Positions 56,549-64,000 of a stretch of 64,000 nt of DNA are shown here, one piece after another. The notes under the pieces are model-generated. The model made no database searches. It was given only the letters and a program-made list of their open reading frames with translations, and was not told the DNA's origin. Numbering within the stretch: the first letter of the stretch is position 1; each line of letters begins with the position of its first letter. Made by a program: the position numbers and the translations under genes. Source of the stretch: Dimorphilus gyrociliatus (lineage: Eukaryota; Animalia; Annelida). The stretch is taken from assembly GCA_904063045.1 (NCBI GenBank), contig CAJFCJ010000004.1, positions 675,713 to 739,712 of the forward strand, in the 5' to 3' direction.

Positions 56549-58582
56549 TTAGAAACGGAGAGATAGAGAGGGAGAGAGATAAAGTATATGTACAAACTGA
56601 AGAGGTATTTCCAGATAATTTTAATATTAATAATATGATTTCTTATACTTATTAATATTTCTCAATTGCCCAAATCATAGGGATATTGTTTTGTTATATT
56701 GAAACTAAAGTTTGGTGTTAAAAACGATTCTATTATACTTTTTCCAGTTTTCTAAAATCATTACACTAGTTTGCTTCTTTCATGTCTAAAAGACAATTGA
56801 TTTCCGCATGGATGCAGACGGCTTTTCTTGATGAATTACCTAGCAATGAATGTGTCTAGGAAGACAATTTCAACCATCCAAAGAGGATTTGAAAGGTGTT
56901 TTTTAGAAACCTTTATCCATCCTGGAAAGTATCAATTGGTTGATAAATTAAAAAGCGTAAAAAATCCAGCCAATTCTCTCTCTCTCTCTTTTTTTTTAAC
57001 TTCTTTTTCCACCTCATAAAGTGAAACTTTATGCCATTTAAACACCATTTATGTATAGTATACAGTTTATATGAATAATATGACAACTTCTAATACCGTA
57101 GGAAAAAAGTTTCCTTTTTAATTTATATATTTCTATCAAGCGGAAGCATCTATTATCTGTGTAAATAGACAAAACTGTTGTATGCACATAGCAAAGATAG
57201 ATATAACAATTAATTATACTCTCGTTTTATTAAACTTGGTAAGAAACACCTCATATTAGAAATTGGTAAGCTTTCTTTATTTATTTTTTATCTTGACTTT
57301 ATAATGATGAAGCTTATTAGAATATTTTTAACAAGATTAATCTTTTATTTATTCATATTCGGTGTGTTTATTGCCCTATTTTGTAAATTTACTTGTATAT
57401 ATTTCGTACTTGTGTTTTAAATAAAAATTATAAAAGAAATAGTAGCCGTAAATGCTGATTAGCTAGAAGAAGCAGATCAGCATATATATCTTTTTCACAT
57501 CATCATTATACTGCGTATAAGCAGTTATAAATGATAAAGATAAAAAGAAATACTGATAATTCTATTCTCCTGTTCCATTTACATCATTTATGCTATAGAT
57601 AGCGAAAGAGAGATGTCATCATGGGGCATATTAAATAGAATTTCAATATAAATTACTAAAAATGATGAAATTATAAAAAAATTATACATTATTAACAAAA
57701 TTAAAAAAAATGACTTTAATTCTTCAAAAGCATGATTTAAAAAAAAGGGCATATTTCTATCAATATTTACCAACAAAGGGAAAGAAATTAACTCATAAAA
57801 TATGCTGAAGTACCATTAATTGCGTTGGGGTTCTCGTTTGTTTACTCTGTAATTTGTCGTTATATTACGTATCTTCCAATACAAATCAGTTCCTCCTTGC
57901 GTTAGAAAAGAGTGGACAAAGAGACAGGAGAAGCTGCAGAAAGGAAGGAGAGGAGAGAACGAGAGAGAGAGAGAAAAGGGTTTCTTTTAAAAAAAGATAA
58001 AAAAAATTGGCACCTTAAATTTCCTTCTCTTTAAATATAATTCTAATATTTACAGTGATCGTATGTCTGAGGAATTTATTTTCTTCTAATAATAGGCTTT
58101 TATTTAGGCAATTTTTTTGAGTGAAGTGATTATTGATGTTCCAAATGAAAGAGATGATTTCTCTTTTTTTTGCAATTGTAAAATGAATATATTGGGACGA
58201 CAGCGTTTAAAAAGAGATAGAATATTTCTGAAATAGTTTTAGCTGCGCAAATTGTCTTTTCTTTCACTTTTCTCTCTTTAATTTGTCTTATAGACTTTTC
58301 TATAGATTTTTTTATAAATGAATACATAATTTATCATGTTTTACAAAGAGAAAAGTACGAATATACTCTATGTATATTCATCTTTTAGGCCTAAAAAAGG
58401 CGTATACAGGTACTCGCCGTTATAATCGATTTTATATTAAAGGTTAGACGCCCCTTTTTCCACTGAAAAATACGTTTTGACCAGTAGTGTTAATTTACAT
58501 AAATTAATTATTTTATTAGTTAAAAACTAGTATTTTAGTGTGTTAAACGCAAAAGAAATAGAGTATAAAATCCGATTTATAG

Positions 58583-58595
58583 TTTGCTAGGCAAC
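58583..58595 (+). promoter_or_regulatory. RFX X-box-like motif TTTGCTAGGCAAC
   Basis: One mismatch from GTTGCTAGGCAAC, at the left edge of a GC-rich island. Confidence 0.4.
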
Positions 58596-61500
58596 GAGCC
58601 ACCTTCTTTCGCAAAAATACTTTTTTTCACAAAGGGCGGCACTGCAGGTAGCTATGCAGTTTTGCAGTTGGCCAGAATAAATGCGGAACTATTCGTTGCA
58701 GTTCCTCGAACCACAATTGCCAGCTTTCGTTCATTCGCAAGCTGTTCGTGGTGCAATTCGAACTGGAATCGAAACGGTTTACACAGCGGCTCCAGATAGC
58801 GGTTGAGTATCATCCTTTTATTTAACATTAACCAAGAGAAACTTAGCAGCACACGTAATTTATTTTACAAGAAAAACTTTACAATAGTGTTTTCTTTTCC
58901 TTTTCTTTATTTCGCCCTAGTTTTTATTATTTTATATAAGAGTTTATAGTACTCTATTCGTTCTGCAAATGATAAAAGATTGATAAAAGTATATACCTAT
59001 TTATTAATATTACTTGTATTATATTCTATTTAAAATTAGAATATTTGTTGCATTTTTTCTTTAAAAGAGAATGATATACCCCAATTATTTATTTATACAT
59101 TAATAATTCATCATGTTTTATATGTTTTAGTTTTACAAAATTGAATCATTGCAGACTTTTATTCTTGACAAAATGTACTTTTAAAATTAGCTTAACAAAT
59201 TATTCTAATTAAATTGCTACTTTTAAATTAGTTTTTATGACCTTGAAATGTTGGATTTACTGAAATACGTATTCTTAGGCCTAGCTGTGAGAATAAGCTT
59301 GTATTGATTTGTATTAATCTATACCTAAACATTTTTGACGTTAAGTCTATAGCTAAAAATATCTAAATCATTCTGTCTTGATTATTACGTAATCGTCATC
59401 CAGAAGGAAAATAGAATAGAGGGAAGGAGAGAAAGAGAGAAAGAGTATGAGTGGTACTGAGAGTCCTCATTTCTTAGCCAATTAAATTATAAGGATTTTA
59501 GAGCGAACAAGAAAGGGAGTGAATGAAAGACCAGAGAGAGAAATATAGAGAAAATGAGTGAAAAACGTTGGGTAGGAGAGAGTCAGAGAGGAAAAGCGTC
59601 GTGTAAGGGGATTTGAGGTTGAGCGAGAAATTGGTTGTACATACCTTTTTTTTTAGCAATTCGAGGCGAAAGGGTACACGAGGAGAAAGAGTGGAGTAGA
59701 TCAGGTAAAAGATAGAAGTATGATAAAACGCCTTAAGACTCCTAATCTGCAATCTATTCTGTATTTTCTTTTTTAAAGAATTTTTTGGACCGTAGTTCTA
59801 TTGATCTTTATATACGTGACTTGTATATACGCTTAAGGCTCTCTTATCCATAGTTTTCTTGATATCTACTCTGCCTGATCCTCTTTTTCTCTTTTTAACG
59901 GAGGCTTCGATTCATCTAAACAACACATTGATCCGAATACTCTTATTTTCTTTTCCTTCTTTAAAGTATTTCTTTGAACAACGAATAGAATCTGATAAAC
60001 ACAATAACTCGTTAATAGTCTATTTTTACTGGTGTCCATTAACAGTTTAATTTGCTTTAAAGTTGTTTATCAAGATGCCACTTATATATTTGTTCTAAAA
60101 GCTATTTTATATCAAGAATATATTCGAATAGGCTTTTAAATAGAAGAGACAAGAACATAACGAAAGAATGTGTGTAGAAAATAGAGTGTACCAAAAGCTA
60201 ATAGCATTTGTTTTACTTTTAAGGAAAACAACCACATCCCATTTACATCGAAGAATGTTTAATATTATAGTACTTCCTAATTAGATATATGCAAAGATTA
60301 CCTTTTACATTTTATAGACTTGTTACATATTCAGTATATATAATAATCATTTAAATATTTAATTATATAATCCCCATCTTATTTATTTTCATCTTAAAGT
60401 ATTAAATGAATAGATAATTATTTGATAATTAGCTGACTATACATAGAGATAATAAAATGCGTCTGGCGCCTTGAATTACAACTAGATAATACATCCGCAA
60501 ACGCTTTCTATATTAACATTTGTTTGAAAGTTAAAGGAAGCAATCCTATATTTAATCTTAAGTAAGAAATATATAAAAAAGAGAATTGAATAGCAAGTGA
60601 ATAATATTTATTTATAAATTAATTTTTGTATAAATACTTCTAACGTTTTATTAGTCAGCCGCTAAAAATCTATTTGAATGCAATTCATTTCACAAAAGAA
60701 TTTGTGCCACTTGAACAGTTGAATATGAAATTAATACAGTATTTATTTTTATTCTTTTGAATGACTTCCTTAATCGGCAATTTTTTTTAAACGAATGAAT
60801 TATCAGCACAACTACCACCACCACCACTGTTATACTAGATGATACGACTTCTCTATAATATTTTCTTTTCCCTTTTAAAATTAATATATCTCTTTTTCTA
60901 TTACAATATAATAAGCAACTGACTTTTTAATCTTTATCGTATTATCTGCAGAATTTAACCTATTAACCTTACGTTCAATATTTTATGTTAACCAAAAAAG
61001 GAATTAAAAAAAGAGAGGAAATTGATTATTTTTTTTAAGCCTAAATAGCTTCGAAACTGTCCTATTATTTGTAGTATATAGTTTACTGATTTAAAGCAAT
61101 TTTTCACTTTTATTCCGTCTAGCCAAGAGGTAGAAAAAAAAATATTAATTTTGAGGCTACAGCAATGTTAGCAAAGAGACACAGAAAGCTGAGGTCATTT
61201 AGGTAATTTGTATGCGTCGAATTCTTCTAGAGCTACTCAAGACATACTCCGTAGAGAACCTTATTTTTCTTTTATTTGTTGACAAGGACATTCTATAGTA
61301 GGCTCCTTATCCTATAAACGGGTACTGTTGATATACATAATATGCGCAAACTGATAAGTTTCGTTCTGGAATGATCTATTTAAAGTCCATACAATACATA
61401 GTATTTTTAGTGCACTTTACAAGGTCCTAATGCTACGAATTTATCTTACTTAAAATACATCATGGGGCTCTTATATAGAGCCTGGATAACGTAATAGTAT

Positions 61501-62580
61501 CGTATATAGTTCTTTCCCACCTGGTGTATATCTATTTTTTCTGTTTGACTAAAAATCGTAACCTCTCCCCTCCCCTCTCGTCCATCTATATTCAACCCTT
61601 CCTCTCCTTTTGCCCTCATTTTCCTAATTCCTTTTTCCTCTTAATATAGGAAAGTTCCTATATTCGTATATTTTTTAGAAGAACTTTAAAACAAGAAGAG
61701 AAAAAAAACTAGTTCGTGTGTGTTTTTTTTTATTTTAAAGAATTATATTGGCTTCAAATTTTGAGCTTCAACTATTTATTATACACGAAATGCGACGATG
61801 CGAAGTCATTTAATGTTTGACTTTGATTTTTTTTTTGAGAGAATTCCTCTATACTAAAGAAAAAAGAAAAAAACGAGGGAGAGAAAATATATACGTTTAT
61901 ATCTTTGTGAATGACACAAAAGATGAAAAAAACAAAAATCATGAATATTCATTAATTAGGGAAAAGACTAGCAGCTTTTAAGGTTTACAAAATATAGTAA
62001 AAATATTTTCTTTTCTATTAAAAGTGTAAAGCAAACATAAAAAACTTGGAAAAGTTAAAAGTTTTCGATAGAAAATCGTTAAAACGTTAATTTTTTTGAA
62101 ACGAATTTTAAATTCTTTTTCCTTTAAAATACTGCCAGCGAAATATCTATATATACATTTATATATATTTTTTAGCTAAATAAGAATAAGATCGTAGAAT
62201 AAACAAATAGGAAAGGGAAGAGAGTAAAGAAGAAAAGTGTTTGAGAATTGTATCACCTGCTTTCTTTGTTAGATTTAAAAAGTAATGTTTTGTAGACTTT
62301 CCTCCTAGTAGACGCCTGTCTCTTGTAATTTATTATTCGGCGTTGACGACTTTTCCCAATGTTTAATTGAGTAAGAAGTCATGTTTTAGGAAAATAGAAA
62401 CCATGTAAGAAACGAAATATTAAGATTTCTTAAGAGCTAACAATGGAGTTGTAATATACAAACTATAAGTAAATATTGCTTATAATGATTTCAACAAAAG
62501 GTAAAATGGATTTACTTAAAGAAAATTACATAAATATAGAAAATATACTATTCTTTCTAATACAATAATTGTATTATACA

Positions 62581-62581
<1 letters not shown>

Positions 62582-62613
<32 letters not shown>
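62582..62613. repeat. (TA)16 microsatellite
   Basis: Directly visible. Confidence 0.95.
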
Positions 62614-62614
<1 letters not shown>

Positions 62615-64000
62615 TCTATATAGTAAATATAACATATACTGTTTATATTATATAGACTTTCCTGTTGATCCTCTTCAACCTACACGGATACTTGGAAGCA
62701 TACATTTATTTTGAGCATTTCCTAGACATTAAATAGCCTCAGAATGATAATAATAATGTACTAAATGCAATGGTTTGCCCTAGAGTGCTCTGTCATCAAA
62801 ACAGAACATAAAAAAGCCTTTTTTTGCTGGATAGGTGTCAATCGAACCCTAAGTAGGAAACAATCGATTTATAAGCATACTCTAGTCTACATGTTCTAGT
62901 TATTATGTAGAGGAATTATATTACTCTTCGATTAATCTAAAGTATTTTCTCCTTCTCTACATTATTGTATTTTCTTCTTCTCTTCTTTCTCTTTCATTAG
63001 GAAATTACGAATTACTTGATTAATTTCTTAATTAATCTGTCGCTCTTTTTTTTTTTAAACTTCTCTTTCTTTCTCTCTCTCTCTCTCTCTCTCTTCAATA
63101 TAAATCTAAAAGTCATACAAAAAAGTCTTTACATTTTTCTAATCAAGGAGCATTTAGTGTTGATCTTAATTTTATTTCATTTCTCACTAAGTATTAACTT
63201 TGAAGTCAATAAATTGACTTAAAAAAGCATTACCAGCATGTCACACTAACACTTTACTTCCTTGAAAATTGCTATTTCTCCAGGTACAAGGTCTAATTGA
63301 AATTAATTAACGATCTTATAGCATGCCAGCTGGTTTTAAGAGCAATAAGAACAGTTTAACCAGGGGCTCATACATTTTTCATTAGAAGCTAGTTTGCATT
63401 AAAAGGACAGAATGAATATCTGGCAGAATTCTTTTTGATAATTGTGAAAAAAGTCAAGTGATAAAGCTAGCTTTTTTCTGCACGACGGAAGAGGGAAGTA
63501 GATAATTCTGAAGGGAACGCAAACTGTCAATCTTAGTAAGTAAAGAAAAGAAAACGTCAGGGCCAATATACCAGCAAACATTTTATTATAAAAACTTTCG
63601 TCAAATCCCTCCCACATCTAATTAATAATAATACATTTACTAGTTGATTCAAAAGAGATTTAAAAGCTTTATTATAACTAAATGAAGTAAATACTCTTTT
63701 TTATCTCGTGTCCTCTTAATCATTTAGGTTACTTTTTATCTCACGTAACTACCAAACTAATCAGTAAAAATATTCTATGCATATCCAATATACATTTACA
63801 ATACATATTTATATATAAGAATACATATATCTGTCATATATAATTAACTAAGGAGTATAATCAGGTAGGAAACATCTGCAAGATTGATAGAATATCAAAC
63901 AAACTGTTTTTTTTATTATTATTAATAATCTATACATTTTTCTTGTTCATTTTAAAAAGACAGAAACTTTGATTAAGTCAATAAAAAAAAAACAATAGAC

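Noticed and set aside
63399-63617. 72-aa minus-strand ORF with a hydrophobic stretch
   Set aside because: No recognisable family or splice context, and hydrophobic runs arise easily from T-rich DNA. It cannot be fully excluded as a small membrane peptide.

Overview
Eukaryotic (animal) genomic DNA: very AT-rich and gene-dense, with many introns of about 50-70 nt. The retinoic acid receptor sequence and the compact architecture suggest a lophotrochozoan with a miniaturised genome. A small annelid such as Dimorphilus would fit, but this is inference only. Left to right: the bHLH exons of a Hes/hairy-family gene (-, runs off the left edge, missed by the ORF track) with about 5 kb of upstream regulatory DNA, then EXOSC4 (-), GTF2F2 (-), COPZ1 (+), RPS10 (-), RAR (+), CC2D2A (-), MAN1A-type mannosidase (+), a TRPV-type channel with about 17-18 ankyrin repeats (-), WDFY1/2 (-), a divergent GPR107/108-like 7TM gene (+), a PH plus PDZ-like scaffold (-), OAT (+), DDX31 (+), tRNA-Trp(CCA), and about 9.7 kb with no recognisable gene. 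The most notable observations are four. (1) A probable two-exon type I membrane protein gene sits inside a CC2D2A intron on the same strand. (2) The RAR has lost both retinoic-acid carboxylate anchor residues yet carries a DR5-like element in its own 5' region. (3) The TRPV-type channel has roughly three times the usual ankyrin repeat number and a non-acidic filter. (4) The Hes gene has clustered Hes and CSL motifs but no identifiable first coding exon nearby. Exon boundaries were read by eye; no database searches were run.
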